In this document: piece after piece, positions 1 to 11,474 of the stretch
Layout of the letters: each line of letters starts with the position of its first letter
Position numbering within the stretch: position 1 is the first letter of the stretch
Assembly (NCBI RefSeq): GCF_036321535.1
Contig: NC_087436.1
Coordinates: 82,834,001-82,898,000 of the forward strand
Length of the DNA: 64,000 nt
Source: Camelus dromedarius
Taxonomy: Eukaryota
Reading direction: 5' to 3'
Made by a program: the position numbers and the translations under genes
The notes under the pieces: model-generated
Told to the model about the DNA's origin: nothing
Database searches by the model: none
Seen by the model: the letters and a program-made list of their open reading frames with translations, nothing else

Positions 1-77
1 TTTGGAATACTGATATTTTCTGCATAAACTAGCCATCGTCCATTATTCCATAATCCATTCCTGATTAAGCCTGCCCT
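1..77 (-). pseudogene. Dynein relic exon (after AAA2 core)
   Basis: ttaag|GRLNQEWIME*W vs recalled LKWMPYVKTW; expected position in the series. Confidence 0.4.
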
Positions 78-157
78 TAAGTGTGTTTAAAATTAAAGAA
101 TGACAATTTAAAATCTCTCTCCCAAATTGTCATTTTCTATGTACATAGAGGCAACAC

Positions 158-1423
158 CTGTTGTATTGTTTTCCATTATCAACTTCCATCTTCATGCACT
201 CTTCCCAACGATGTCCAGTTTAGTGAAGCCAAAGAGCAACAAAGGTGCTTCTCTTCTTTTTTTTTTTAATTGAAGTATAGTTGATTTTCAATGTTGTGTT
301 AGTTTCTGGTATACAGTATAGTGATTCAGTTATGCACATATATATATTATCTTTCATTATAGGTTATTACAATATATTGAATATAGTTTCATGTGCCATT
401 CAGTAGGATCTTGTTGTTTATATATTCTGTATATAGTAGTTAGTATCTGCTAATCCCAAACTCCTAATTTATCCCTCCTCCCACTTGCCCTTTGGTAACC
501 ATAATTTGCCTTCTATGTCTGTGAGTCTGTTTCTGTTTTGTAAATAAGTTCTTTTGTCTCATTTTTTTAGATTCCACATATAAGAGATATCATATCATAT
601 CTGTCTTTCTCTGTCTGACATTTCATTTAGTATGATAATCTCTAGGTCCATCCATTTTGCTGCAAATGGCATTATTTCATTATTTTTTATGGTTGAGTAG
701 TATTCCATTGTGTGTGTGTATATATATATACCACACACACACACATATATATACCACATCTTCTTTATTCAGTCTTCTATGAATGGACATTTAGGTTGCT
801 TCCATGTCTTGGCTATCGAAAATAGTGCTGCTACGAAATTTGGGGTGCATGTATCTTAGTGAATTGAAGTTTTCTTTGGATATATGCCCAGGAGTGGAAT
901 TGCTGGATCATAGGCTGAGTCTATTTTTAGTTTTTTAAGGAATCTCTATACTGTTTTCCATAGTGGCTGCACCAAATTACATTCCCACCAACAGTGTAGG
1001 ACGGTTCCGTTTTCTCCACACCCTCTCCAGCATTATTTGTAGACTTTTTAATGACGGCCGTTCTGACTGGTGTGAGGTGACACCTCACAACGGTGCTTCT
1101 TTGTTGAAACTCCGTAATACCTGCTGCGTGCGCACTGCACATAATAAATATTGGTAGACTAGACTCATAAATCCAAATGACATATTTATGTCTTTCAATG
1201 GAAATCCTAAAGTTTTGCATTCTATTTTTCTGAATGTTGTTGTGTTTTGTATTTCAACTTACTGTTCTGAAGAACAGACTTTACCAAGGGAGGGAGTCCA
1301 GTACATAAACCTAAAATGGTCCTTCTTGGGTTTGGTTAACATCTCAAACCTTGTGAGTGTGTAACTAGGCCATATGTATCATGGAAAATACTTCAGCTTC
1401 CTCCTGCAAAGATATTTTTTCCA
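158..1423 (-). pseudogene. Dynein relic exon(s), AAA2 region, split by an L1 at 253-1086
   Basis: ttcctcag|WKKYL (cf. WKDGL); after removing the L1 and one TSD copy: STFVALWLH*TGHR..MKMEVDN (cf. LCLANSER..MLFEVQD / IFEVDN). Confidence 0.6.
253..1086 (-). mobile_element. 5'-truncated L1 (ORF2 end and 3'UTR), young lineage-type
   Basis: T-rich tail at about 257-268; ORF 927..1220 includes [23 protein letters not shown] (L1 ORF2 C-terminus); TSD acaa(a/c)ggtgcttct at 239-252 and 1087-1100. Confidence 0.9.
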
Positions 1424-1512
1424 CTGAGGAAAGGAGACGTGTAGTCCAATTTCAAAACAGGGAAGTCAAATTTGCTAGAATGGGGCTAGAATTATTGCAA
1501 AATGTTCACTAC

Positions 1513-1721
1513 CTATTCAGATGGTTCTACGGTAGAGATGACCAGGAAGTATAGATTCTGAGCTATAAATATCCTCAGAGAACCACGAAGCATCTGCTTT
1601 TAATTTGTGCTTGGGTGGCTTATACATCAGATAGGAACACATTTTAAGAGGTCTGAACAGATGCCAGAGAGGAAGCTTCCGTCTCCAAGTGTTTGTTGTC
1701 ATTTTGGTTAGTGAACTCCAC
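1513..1721 (-). pseudogene. Dynein relic exon (AAA2)
   Basis: ggtag| acceptor, |gtagtg donor; IYSSESILPGHLY vs recalled VLNPKSITMGELY. Confidence 0.65.
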
Positions 1722-1759
1722 CTACCAAAGCAAAAATGAACACGATGCTTCAGAGGCTC

Positions 1760-1960
1760 CCTTTTCAGCCCTGGGTTTTAACATTTAAAGAAAGAGAAAA
1801 GGGAGCAAGATTTTTTTGCCTGGTCTGCCACACAGATGTGTTCTTAACCAATCGCCCCATCATGGTTACCATCATTTTCTGGCTCTCTGCCTGTCTTGTA
1901 TTTAACTTCACACAGCACCCATTAAGTTGATTAATGGTCCATTTGATCATTTCTGTGAGT
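1760..1960 (-). pseudogene. Dynein relic exon (AAA2 P-loop), boundaries approximate
   Basis: INQL...GAIG/KNTSVWQTRQKNL (1-nt frameshift) vs VIQF...GPTGGGKTTVYRILAETL. Confidence 0.55.
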
Positions 1961-2142
1961 GATGTCTTAACAGCTTAAGAAAAGAGGGTAACTATGGTTG
2001 GATCTAAAAGCTAGGAAGCAGTTGCCACTTAATGTAAGAAAAATTGGGTCAAATTATGGGAGCTCAACCATGCAGATTGGCAAAGCCTCTCTCAGTCCTT
2101 TCATCCTGCCATTCTGCCCCATTTATGTCTTCCCACATTTAC

Positions 2143-2506
2143 ATTGTGTAAGTTCTAAATGATGCAAGAACCAGAATCTTCGCTAGGACTTCAGAGAACA
2201 TAAATATTAATGCGAGCCAGGGCAAAGAGAGTCTTGGGAGAGTTTGGACTTGATGAATGGAGTGATTTGGGTAGATGAAAGGAGGCTGAAAGACTTGTGC
2301 TTTAGATGTAAAAGCAGAGAGCCAAAAATGAGCTTGTTGTATCAGATCAACAGTGAGAGGCAGGGCTGCAGAGATGAGGGCTTGCTTGTTCAAGTTCCAG
2401 AGACTCTCATCTCTGAAAGCTCTTTTGTTGCCTGTTTTAACCTCTTGACTCTGGCCGGAGAAGCCCTATAGATTTTTCACTCGGGCAAGAAACAACTCTC
2501 GATGGC
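2143..2506 (-). pseudogene. Dynein relic exon (AAA1 small subdomain)
   Basis: Acceptor ctgttttactttctcatgtag|, donor |gtaaat; LNKQALISAAL vs LNEDVVLIRAL. Confidence 0.6.
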
Positions 2507-2999
2507 CTACATGAGAAAGTAAAACAGCAGAGCATTTAGGTTTCCTAAATAGCTACGAGCCAGCGTACATTTTGGAAATGTGTTAGTGCCTTGGCCCCTT
2601 GTCTAGTCTTAGGTTGAAAGAAAGAAAGGCAGGGAGGAAGGGAAGAAAGAGGGCCACCTCTGCACAGTTAGTGATGACTGTCAACCTCTTTCAGATAGGA
2701 AGGATAGTAGCACAGAATGTCAGAGATGTGACTTTGAAATCATGGAAGTGATTCTTTCCTAAGTGCAGCATAATGTGAAATGTCAAATGTTTTTATCCCC
2801 TTCAAAGTAGTCCCACTGAAAGGCTGTGTGACTGTTCTTCCATTCTTCAAGTCATTTTTTGATCCTTTCTTTTAGAATCATCCTGGGAACCTGTGGTACA
2901 GTCTTTAGATGAGCTTCTTCCCGGGAGGCAAACCCCCCACCCCACCCCGCTCTCTGCATCTCCATCTTGCATGCCGACCCTTCCCTGCCTCAACTGGCG

Positions 3000-3519
3000 C
3001 ATCTTCTTTTGCTCTCCTCCTGTCTTCCCTATTAGTTCCATCCTGTCTCAGCATTTAGGAGATTCAGGATAGCAGCAAGGATACACGGCTTGACTCCAGG
3101 GAGAGATATCAAATTATGATACAAGAAAAGACATTGCAGTGAAATAGAGAGAGGTCAGAGACATGGGAGAACTAAAAGGTGTAATGAAAACAATAATCAC
3201 AACCAAAAACTGTCTTTGCAATGGATGAGTAGCTAGGATACTGTGAGAAATGGACAGAACATATGACACAACACAGGGAAAGCAGCACTAAAAAGACATG
3301 AAAACCTGTGGTGGGAGATGTTAGAATTATAAACTAAACGTGATAAAAATATTGATAGAGTCAATATTCAGAGCCTCACTCCTCCTCATCCCTCAAAAAA
3401 AATGCCAGTTGAGTCCTGATTTATCAAGCCAATTTCTATCCACTTTCTCTGAAGTAGCCTATCTCTGCCAAACTCCTGTCTAGACTTTTGGAATGCGGAG
3501 TAGGAGAAAAGACCAAATC
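3000..3519 (-). pseudogene. Dynein relic exon (AAA1 core after Walker B), 3' end approximate
   Basis: Ordered motifs FFEG..VRL, FITFS, MFCPF, IAKTVF, GVKPCILAA vs MFEG..IKL, FITMN, LFRPF, IAEVIL, AVKSVLVMA. Confidence 0.75.
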
Positions 3520-3654
3520 CTACAAAACCCAAGAGCCAAGAGGAAGGGAAAGGCTTAGAAAGAGAGGGGGAATTGGGGTTGGCAAATGAAACGCCGGAGC
3601 ATCAAAGAGAATGAAATGTGAAGGAACAGGGATCCAAGAAAGAGTCCAAAAGGA

Positions 3655-3800
3655 CCATAAGTTCTATGCACTTTAATGCTTGTCAAGATACTCAATTAAT
3701 ACATTGAACACCTTTTTAAACATGTTTGGGTGAGAACTGGGCTCCTTGAACAGAACACTACTCTGAGACTCGACCACATGTGATGGCATCAATAAGGTGA
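3655..3800 (-). pseudogene. Dynein relic exon (AAA1 Walker B), boundaries approximate
   Basis: VESQSSVLFKE..KVFNVLIEYLDKH*SA* vs AQSGAWCCFDE..EVLSVIAQQLITIRNAK. Confidence 0.7.
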
Positions 3801-4341
3801 AATAAACAAACACAACGGCTACGCTGCACAAGGTAAGTTATGAGGGACCCACATGTGCTTTCGCACAGGGCAGGAAGGCAAGTGGTGCTGTTGCTGGCCT
3901 GGCATGGACACGGGCACTCAGTCCACTACCCAGGCCAGCAATATAAGAGCAGACTGCTGACCACAAGTAGGCACAAACAACCCCCAGATGCCACGGGTGC
4001 TTTGAAGTCAATGGAAGCCCCCAAAGCAAGACCTTGGACAAGAGACTGTAGCATCAGTGGCACCAAGTCATCTCCTCTCCTTCTTTGTCGAGTTCAGTCA
4101 ACTTCAATGGGGGGAAGACCCCATTCACACACATGCCTGCTTTTCTAAGACTCTTACCACACTCATCGCAAACCATCTCTTCTGCTCATAAAAGAAATGA
4201 AGAGAATTTACTTCTCGTACCCAGTAGGCCTAGAGGTGGAGGGCACCTTTACACTCTTCACCGGGCACATTTTGTCTAATTATAATCCTGGGCTGTCACA
4301 TCATCTATCACAACCAAGATGCAGCACTATGAAGTACTAAC

Positions 4342-4456
4342 ATTATCTTTTCACTAATACATCAAAATGTAAGTGAAAGTAAATCTGCTCTTTCCAGAAG
4401 GTCACCAAGAGTGATTTTACATTGAATCCAAATATGCTAACCATATCCAGCTGTTT
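4342..4456 (-). pseudogene. Dynein relic exon (AAA1 Walker A)
   Basis: tttcag|TAGYG*..LTF*C|gttagt vs PAGTGK..VVFNC. Confidence 0.75.
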
Positions 4457-4528
4457 CTGAAATAATTTTTGGAAGTAATATTCACAGTTATTTTTTGAGC
4501 ACACAAGAAAGTGTCATTTTATACTTAC

Positions 4529-4733
4529 ACCTCATTAATTACATTTGGTTGCACTGACTTTTAGTCGTTTTCAGTATCATATTCATCCCCAGAGTATGAA
4601 AACTTGCCCTCCAAGAGTATATTGAAAGAATGAGAAACAATTCAGAGGTCAATTGAAAAGGGAGAGTTCAATCCCATTTTGAGTACTGTTAATTTAATTT
4701 AAATGACTGAATCATCTCTCTTGAAGATTGATT
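4529..4733 (-). pseudogene. Dynein relic exon (linker/AAA1 junction)
   Basis: Acceptor cttttctcctttag|, donor gtaagt; weak similarity to the YGYEYLG..RLVI region; correct position in the series. Confidence 0.5.
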
Positions 4734-4799
4734 CTAAAGGAGAAAAGATTAATTTTGAAAGTCTACATTTTGGAGAGGGAGGAGACTTTTTAAAAATAC

Positions 4800-5052
4800 A
4801 TTTCCATTGAGATATAATTTATAAACCATAAAATCCCTTAAAAGTGTAAAATTTTTAGTGTATTCACAGAGTTGTACAACCATCACCACGATTTAATTTT
4901 AGAATATTTCATCACTCCAAAAGAAACCCCCTCCCCTAAACAGTCATTTCCCCTCCCCGCAGCCCTGACAGCCACTAAGGTGCTTTCTGTCGCTATGGAT
5001 TTTCCCTAGCCGACATTTCATATAAATGTAATCATAAAATGTGTGGTCCTTG
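4800..5052 (-). mobile_element. Old L1M 3'UTR fragment
   Basis: Typical antisense L1M 3' text (gagatataattt..gttgtacaaccatcacca..catttcatataaatg). Confidence 0.75.
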
Positions 5053-5054
5053 TT

Positions 5055-5346
5055 ATCCTGAAGCCACAGTCTCCAGTGGAGAATGTTAACGCTAGCTTCA
5101 TTTTTTCAATGACAAGAAGAAACAATCCCCTGAGTAAGTTTTTATAGAGAAATGTAATATAGCATTTTGCAATCAGACGGAAAATTTTTTCCAATTTGTC
5201 CATAACATTGAAGAATGGTTATCAAGTAATCAGTGCAATATAGATATTGAGAGATTTAGTTTTAAAGAAAAAAAACAATGAAGAGCTTTATTCAGTGTCA
5301 AAGCATGTCAGTGGCAGAATGCAAAGAAATTTTCTGATTTCCAAAT
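5055..5346 (-). pseudogene. Dynein relic exon (linker), 3' end abutting an L1M fragment
   Basis: ORF 5018..5203 DKLEKIFRLI..LYKNLLRGLFLLVI vs ERLNALAAIV..LHRNILTALITIDV; upstream ALTLNKALHC vs ILTVSQIMWC. Confidence 0.75.
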
Positions 5347-5429
5347 CTGTAAGTCTCAGGTGAAACTCCCTGTTTCATTCTCCCCACAGTGCCACACTGG
5401 ATGAATCTCTGTCCTTTTTGCGGAACCAA

Positions 5430-5830
5430 CTCCCTTCATCACTCCTCTCCATCATATTTTCAGGGAAATAATCCAACTTGCCCCAGCGCCTCCCCTCCCT
5501 GGTCCTTGCTGAAGGGCAGAGAGCACAGGTCCATTCTCTGAGCCTTGCTGGGCTGACCCTGAGGCCAGGAGATGTGCCAAGTCATGGATGGCTGTGCCAA
5601 CATGCTGGTGAACCTAGTCTTCAGTTATGCCCCAGGCTCAGAGAGGGTGACAGGCAAGCGGTAGAGTAGGTGGCTTTGGCAGCCCTCTTGCGGGTCCAGG
5701 GCCTTGAGCGATCTGAGTGAGCCTGTCCCCCTGGATGCCCTCTCTCTTTCTCGCTTTTGTTCCACAGCTTGGTCCTCTGGGCAGCGTACCTGCTTGCACT
5801 GGAGGATGCTCCTCTAATTCCCTGAGAGTT
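5430..5830. mobile_element. ERVL-type LTR remnant (LTR16-like)
   Basis: GC-richer block resembling recalled LTR16-family sequence; degraded. Confidence 0.4.
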
Positions 5831-5870
5831 TGGTTCAACTATCATTGGGTTGTTCCATGATGGCATTAAC

Positions 5871-6035
5871 CTTTGAAAATATTTTTAAATAAAAAATCCA
5901 TTCTTTTTTCCAAAAAATGACAGATTCTCAAATTGAAATGTATTATGTACACATTCTTTAAATATGACCCACCGAAGACTTGTTTAAAGTTATTTTTGTT
6001 TGCAATTATTTTCCATCACATCACCTTGTGGTGAC
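5871..6035 (-). pseudogene. Dynein relic exon (linker)
   Basis: GDVMENNCKQK*L*TSLR..KKEWIF vs GNVEEWLGKVEEAMFTSLR..RTDWVV. Confidence 0.7.
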
Positions 6036-6129
6036 ATTTATAAGACAATTGGCCAGGAGAGTGAATAAGGATGGGAACACAATCTATGAAAAATAAAATA
6101 AAAAGGCTAATATCATTAATAACTATAAT

Positions 6130-6255
6130 TCTAATGGAGTGATCATCTCACAGGCTCATAACCTCATTCTGAGAAAATAAAAATACTTTAATTTACCAAA
6201 AGTAAAAGAAACCTTTTCAATGTCACTCAATATTAATTTTTAAAAGGAATTAGAA
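6130..6255 (-). pseudogene. Dynein relic exon (linker), boundaries approximate
   Basis: SDIEKVSF vs DSISKLEF. Confidence 0.45.
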
Positions 6256-6608
6256 TAAAAATGCTGCCCATATATTGTGGTGGAATGACAAGGAAATTGT
6301 CATTTGATTCTTTCTTCCTCTTTCTCCCATTGTCCTCCCTGCCTCTATTCCTTCCTCCCACAATCATTAAATGCCTTGTACACTCACTGGCACTGGGATT
6401 CAGCCACGAACAAGTCACCTGGAACAAGTCAGAGATGGTCCTTGATCTCCTGGCACCTTCAATAGTGCAGGGAAGACATAATAATCAACTAGCTTCAAGT
6501 CTGAAGCATATAATGAAAAGGAAGCACAAAGAAATCTGTTTTTCACACAGATGACATAAGTAATCTTAGTTTAATTGATTATTAAGCTTGTCAATCTCTG
6601 AGCCTTAC

Positions 6609-6680
6609 ATTAAAAACACCCCATCTCTTCTTCTGAGATGGCATCTAATGGCTGACAATCACATCTGGGAAATTTCTCAT
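6609..6680 (-). pseudogene. Dynein relic exon (FPRF motif)
   Basis: KFPRCDCQPLDAISE vs IFPRFYFLSNDELLE; donor |gtaagg. Confidence 0.65.
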
Positions 6681-6936
6681 ACATATAATCCAGGAGCCAC
6701 AGACACTAATACTAGCATGACCGCTAGTTTTGTTTAGCAGTTTGCACTATTTTTGAATTTGTATTCTTTTCAGAGCCAAACTGATCTTTTTTTTTCTGTC
6801 CAAACCAGAAACATTTAAATTTTTCTAACTATCTTTAAATTTGAAACTGTTAACATATATTTTCAACCTGAAATACTTCAAGCCAAAAGATTTGGTAGAA
6901 TGAGGTACCAGTATACTTTTTTTTTTTTAAGCCCTT

Positions 6937-7365
6937 GTATTGTTTTCTGAGGGCTTTCTTAACAAAGTACCACAAACTGGTGACTTAGGGCAACAGAAAT
7001 GTCTTGTCTCACAGTCTTGCAGGTGAGAAGTCTGAAATCAAGGTGTTGGCAGGGCCAGCATTCCTCTGAAACCTGTAGGGAAAGATCCTTGCTGGCCTCT
7101 TCCTAGAACCTGGTGGTTTGATGGCAACTTTTAGTGTCCCATGGCTTAGAGATGCATCATTCCAACTCTCCATCTTCATGAGGCCATTTTCACTCTACGC
7201 AGGTTTGTCTCTGTGTCCAAATTTCCCCTTTTTATAAGGACACCAGTCATGCTGGACTAGGACCCACCCTAATGACCTTCTTTTAACTTGATTACCTCTC
7301 TAAAGACCCTATCTCTAAATAAGGGCACATTGTGAGGTACTAGGCTTCAATATAACAATTCAACC
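6937..7365 (-). mobile_element. MaLR LTR (MLT1B/C-like)
   Basis: tgtatt..taacaaagtaccacaaactgg..aagtctgaaatcaaggtgttggcaggg..ataaggacaccagtcat. Confidence 0.85.
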
Positions 7366-7462
7366 TTTGATGTCCCCTAAGTAAACTGATAATTTTTTTA
7401 TTGACAATTTTGTTAAAAAACTGGATGTATTGAACCACTCCAGTCTGCACTGTGTAAATCAC

Positions 7463-7633
7463 CTTTTTTTCTCTGTAGAAAGTTTTAAGGACGTTGAAAA
7501 GTCAATCCAAAAATTCTACAACTATCATTTTTCTCCATTGTTCATGAAAGAGAGTCCCAAAGAGATTAAATATAAGTGCTTAGGTCAAATTTTTAAAAAT
7601 GTTTGTGGAAATTTCCATCACTTTGAAAAGAAG
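7463..7633 (-). pseudogene. Dynein relic exon (linker)
   Basis: catcag| acceptor, AAG|gtgatt donor; EFLD*LFNVLKTFYREKK vs ALLDQIQKCLEAYLESKR. Confidence 0.7.
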
Positions 7634-8169
7634 CTGATGACAATGGAAAATTAATAAAGGGACATTAGTACAGCACAGAATTAGATTTTTTTCTTAACAT
7701 GACCTATGCCTTTATGAAGTCACCCAAGTGACTTCAGCACCTAGTTATGACAAGAAAGACACAGTAAGGCATTGGGAAATGTGAGGCCAGCTCTTCTATG
7801 AGGAAGAATAACGGTAGATAGTTGAGTTCAACAAATATTTATCAAGTAGAGGTTTGTGTAGCTACTATACCAGGCAGACTAAGGATGCAAAGTTGACTAT
7901 GGCATGGGTCTACCTTTAAGTTTATCTCCCTAAAAGAAGAAATAAGATAAATGTGAAAAATATCTATTACACGAGATACTTTTAAAGAAACAGAGGAGGC
8001 AAAGACTGATTCCTGTGGAAAAAAAGAGAAAATAAAATAGAACTTTTAAATAGAAGTGTACTTCCAACAGTCAAAAAATAGAATAAGATTGAATAAAATA
8101 CCTATTTTAAGTATTCCATGTTGTTTTTTAAGTATTGAAATAGTAGTATTTTTGTGGTATAATACTGTA

Positions 8170-8280
8170 GCTTAGATTTTTTAAACTGAAATTTTAATCT
8201 TTCATGGCTTGAGAAGTACTCAAATGTCTAAAATTTTGCATTGAACTAAGCACTCATTTTTTGAAAGCATCTCCATTTCC
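8170..8280 (-). pseudogene. Dynein relic exon (linker)
   Basis: ctatag|KWRCFQKMSA*FNAKF vs EWLTCQRNWLYLESIF. Confidence 0.6.
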
Positions 8281-8428
8281 CTATAGTTCACAAGAAGACA
8301 AAAAAATGACAATGGAAAAAGCAAATCTTCTATGGTAGGATGGTTTTCACTGTAGCCCAAGAACTGGAAGGTAAATATGGTAGTATTTAAATTTATAGAA
8401 GTAATTATGAATCAGAATTTCCACCTAA

Positions 8429-9003
8429 TATATATATAATGGAATACTACTTAGCCATAAAAAAACAATAAAATAATGCCATTTGCTGCAACATGGGTGG
8501 GACTGGAGATCGTCATTCTAAGTGAAGTAAGCCAGAAAGAGAAAGAAAAATACCATATGATATCCCTTATATGTGGAATCTTAAAAAAAGACACAAATGA
8601 ACTTATTTACAGACTCATAGACATAGAAAACAAACTTATAGTTACCAGGGTTGGAAGGAGATGGGAAGGGATAAATTGGGAGTCTGAGATTTGCAGATAC
8701 TAAATAATACATACAAAATAGATAAACAACAAGTTTATACTGTATAGCACAGAGAATTGTGTTCGACATCTTGTAGTAACCTATAATGAAAAAGAATACG
8801 AAAAGGAATATATGTATGTATATGTATGACTGAAATATTATGCTGTACACCAGGAACTGACATAACATTGTAAACTGACTATACTTCAATTTTTTAAAAA
8901 AGAAAGAATATAAAGAATCTGATCATCCCTCAAAGTTAAGATCATTTTTTAATCTTTGGTTTCTCCCCAATAAACTTCTTAAATTATTCTCAAAAAAAAA
9001 AGT
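8429..9003 (+). mobile_element. 5'-truncated L1 with probable 3' transduction
   Basis: ORF MPFAATWVGLEIVILSEVSQKEK (L1 ORF2 C-terminus); TSD atttccacctaa at 8417-8428 and 9004-9015; extra ~85 nt with AATAAA before the final poly(A). Confidence 0.9.
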
Positions 9004-9046
9004 ATTTCCACCTAAATATAATGAACTAAAGAAGATAAAGACAAAC

Positions 9047-9100
9047 CAGAATACTTTCTTTGAAACAAAAACTAGAACTGGTTACCAGTTGAAATATCTT
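9047..9100 (-). pseudogene. Dynein relic exon (short), boundaries approximate
   Basis: DISTGNQF*FLF vs recalled DLVNEWDQNLTLF. Confidence 0.4.
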
Positions 9101-9227
9101 CGAACACACACTGGCATACACCCTCATAACAAAAGTTGTTCACAAGGTTGTCTTTAAAGTTTATTAAACAAGAAATGGAGTTAATGGACAACTTCTGTTT
9201 GGAGTTAGCATATAACTAGAACCTCAC

Positions 9228-9438
9228 CATTTCCCGACTAGTGCAAGGTCAGAAAGAGCCTTAAACACATAACTCCATGTCAGTACAGCTAAGAGATTTT
9301 ATTGTTGAAGACTGCAATATTTTCTTAAAGATCAAACATCCACTTTTAAGCCATACTTATCTTCTTCATGTTCATTTGGTTAGCTTCATCTTCATTTCAT
9401 AAGCTTTTTAAATAATAATTTATTTTAATAATTTTTAC
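9228..9438 (-). pseudogene. Dynein relic exon (start of linker)
   Basis: KIIKIN..NE..MKKISMA*K..SCTDMELCV*GS vs EIQDIS..GE..LKKVEDSWK..GTDDIQVLLDDS; donor |gtgagg. Confidence 0.6.
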
Positions 9439-9839
9439 CTGTTGATACTGAGTGGGAGTAGTGGTAATCAGGCTGAAAGGCAGGTGGGAGCCTGACTGGA
9501 GAAGCTACGGAAGAATTCTGAGCAGGCGTGCAGCATGGTCAGAGATTAAGGAGTGACATGAGGACAAACGAGAGCAGCAAGGTAAGAGATGCAGAGACCA
9601 AATGAAGGAGGTCAACTCAGACTTTTACCTGAACCACAACCAGTAAAACACTAGATGGTGATGTTCAGGTAACGAACTGGGCACAGTGAGAAAGGAAAGG
9701 CCACGCGTGAAGGCAAATCTGTATTACCACAGACTTTGCCTTTGGTCCTTTGCTACTTCCCTCACTGCCCCCATGTCCCAAAGAGAACCTTTCTTTTTCA
9801 AAGCTTTTATTGAAATTCTTGACTGAACAGTCCTCTTAA

Positions 9840-10490
9840 AATTTTACTTGTGTATATCACGGGCTCCTCAAATTCAACATGCATAGAAGCTAACCCATCA
9901 TTCCCGCCCACAGCCTATATACACACCAGTCTTCCTGAACTCCCCATCTCACCTATGACAGCTCCGTCTTCCATGGAACCCAAACGAAAATTTCAGCCTT
10001 TCCTTTGCCTTACTAGGTGGGTACCAAGGCCAGTGGAATCCACTTGCCAAGAATAGCTAGAAACTGCCCCTGCTTTCCATGCCCAGTGGCGATCAAGGCT
10101 CTTGCCTTTCCTTGTCTGGACAATAGGATCATTCCAAAAGGATTTTCCTGCTTCTTTGGATCTTCTTCCTCCTCTCAATAATCCACTTTCCATCCTGCCA
10201 CCAAAAAGACTTTTCTAAAATGCAAGTATGATCTCATTATGGCCCTGCTTCAAATCATTGAATGTATTTTCATTGTCTTCAAGATGGAAGAAAAACTTCT
10301 TAATGTGAGTTAATGTAATCTTCCGGGATCCAGCCCCTGCCACCCCTGGAGCTTCCTCTCCCACTGTGCTCCATGCATGCTTTGCAGCCGAACTGCCAAA
10401 TCAGTGCCTTACAGTATCCCGAACAGCATTTGCTCTCTAACAAATAGGCTTTGTCATGCCATTCCCTTGCCTAGAACACCCTTCTCTGGG
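9840..10490. mobile_element. L2 fragment
   Basis: ctcaaattcaacatg..tttctaaaatgcaagtatgatctcatt..cccttgcctagaacaccctt, typical L2 text. Confidence 0.7.
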
Positions 10491-10498
10491 TTCTGCAC

Positions 10499-10985
10499 TG
10501 TGTTATGTTTCCTATTGCTGCTGTAACAAATTATCACAAGTTCAGTGGCTTAACGCAACCCAAATTTTTTTATCTTAGGATCTGGAGACCAAAAACTGAA
10601 ATCAGTTTCACTGGGCTAAAATCAAGGTGTCAGCAGGGCTGGTTCCTTCCAGAAGCTCCAGGGAAGAATCCATTTCCTTTCCATTTCCAGCTTCTGGAGA
10701 CCACCAACATTCTTTGGCTGGTGGCCCCTTCTTGGCACATTATTTCTACCTCTTGCTTCCATTGTCACATCTCCTCTTCTGCTGTCAAATCTCCCTGTGC
10801 CTTCCTTTCATAAGGACATTTAGGATGACATTTAGGAACCACCTGGATCATTCAGGATACTCTCTCCAGCTCAAGACCCTTAATGTAATCCCATCTGCAA
10901 AATTCCCTTTGCCATGTAAGGTCACATTCACAGTTTCTAATGATTAGGATCTGATAACGTCGGGACCCTGGGTCAGCCTATAACA
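10499..10985 (-). mobile_element. MaLR LTR (MLT1D-like)
   Basis: ctattgctgctgtaacaaattatcacaagttcagtggctt..ctgggctaaaatcaaggtgtcagcagggct. Confidence 0.85.
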
Positions 10986-11111
10986 CCTACGTTTTTCTAC
11001 CTCAGTCTTTCTAGACACTGCTTAAACATTTTCTCTCCTGTAATAAAATAAAATTTTATTACATTCTATCCTCCATTACTACCCCCAGTTACCCCCAACT
11101 AGGCACCTCAC

Positions 11112-11233
11112 TAAGGTGACCAGCGGTCTGGGTCTGGCTGGCACTGAGGGATTTCCCAGTCAAAAGCAGGACTGGGCTTTCAGGGCTAAAACCAGAAAGC
11201 TACCAGGCAAACCAGGATGAGTCAGTTACCCTA
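11112..11233. mobile_element. hAT-Blackjack MITE (MER81-like)
   Basis: Terminal inverted repeats taaggtgacc ... gttacccta, about 120 bp. Confidence 0.75.
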
Positions 11234-11474
11234 AGTCCTCACGTTTCTTCCCACATCACACTCCATGAAGCACTCATCACATGGACTGTAATTTGTAATT
11301 CTCAGTTCTCTCGTCTTTCTCTTTTGCTGGACTATGGGCAGGAATATGCTTCTTCCCTGCAGGTCCTCCTGCTTCAGTTTCTGGCACAGCAGACAACTGA
11401 ATGAATAATGGAGTTGGTGGAGCTGCTTGGCGATGCAGCCAATCCAGGCAAAATGGAAATTTTCCATCCTGTGA
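11234..11474 (-). pseudogene. Dynein relic exon (tail end), 3' end abutting MER81
   Basis: ORF 11231..11467 KQLHQL..KLKQEDLQGRSIFLPIVQQKR vs KFVTQL..QLKYKVEKMKEKLPVIIDLR; acceptor ttttgttctag|. Confidence 0.65.

Noticed and set aside
2686..2850. Minus-strand SLFSGTT..HYAALRKRI resembling dynein LLFSGII..DYGILQSTI
   Set aside because: Conflicts in order with exon 2506-2143, which matches the preceding motif; may be part of the relic or coincidence, so not called.
3840..4300. GC-richer block with + strand ORF 3840..4148
   Set aside because: No recognisable protein or splice context; probably an unidentified decayed LTR within a relic intron.
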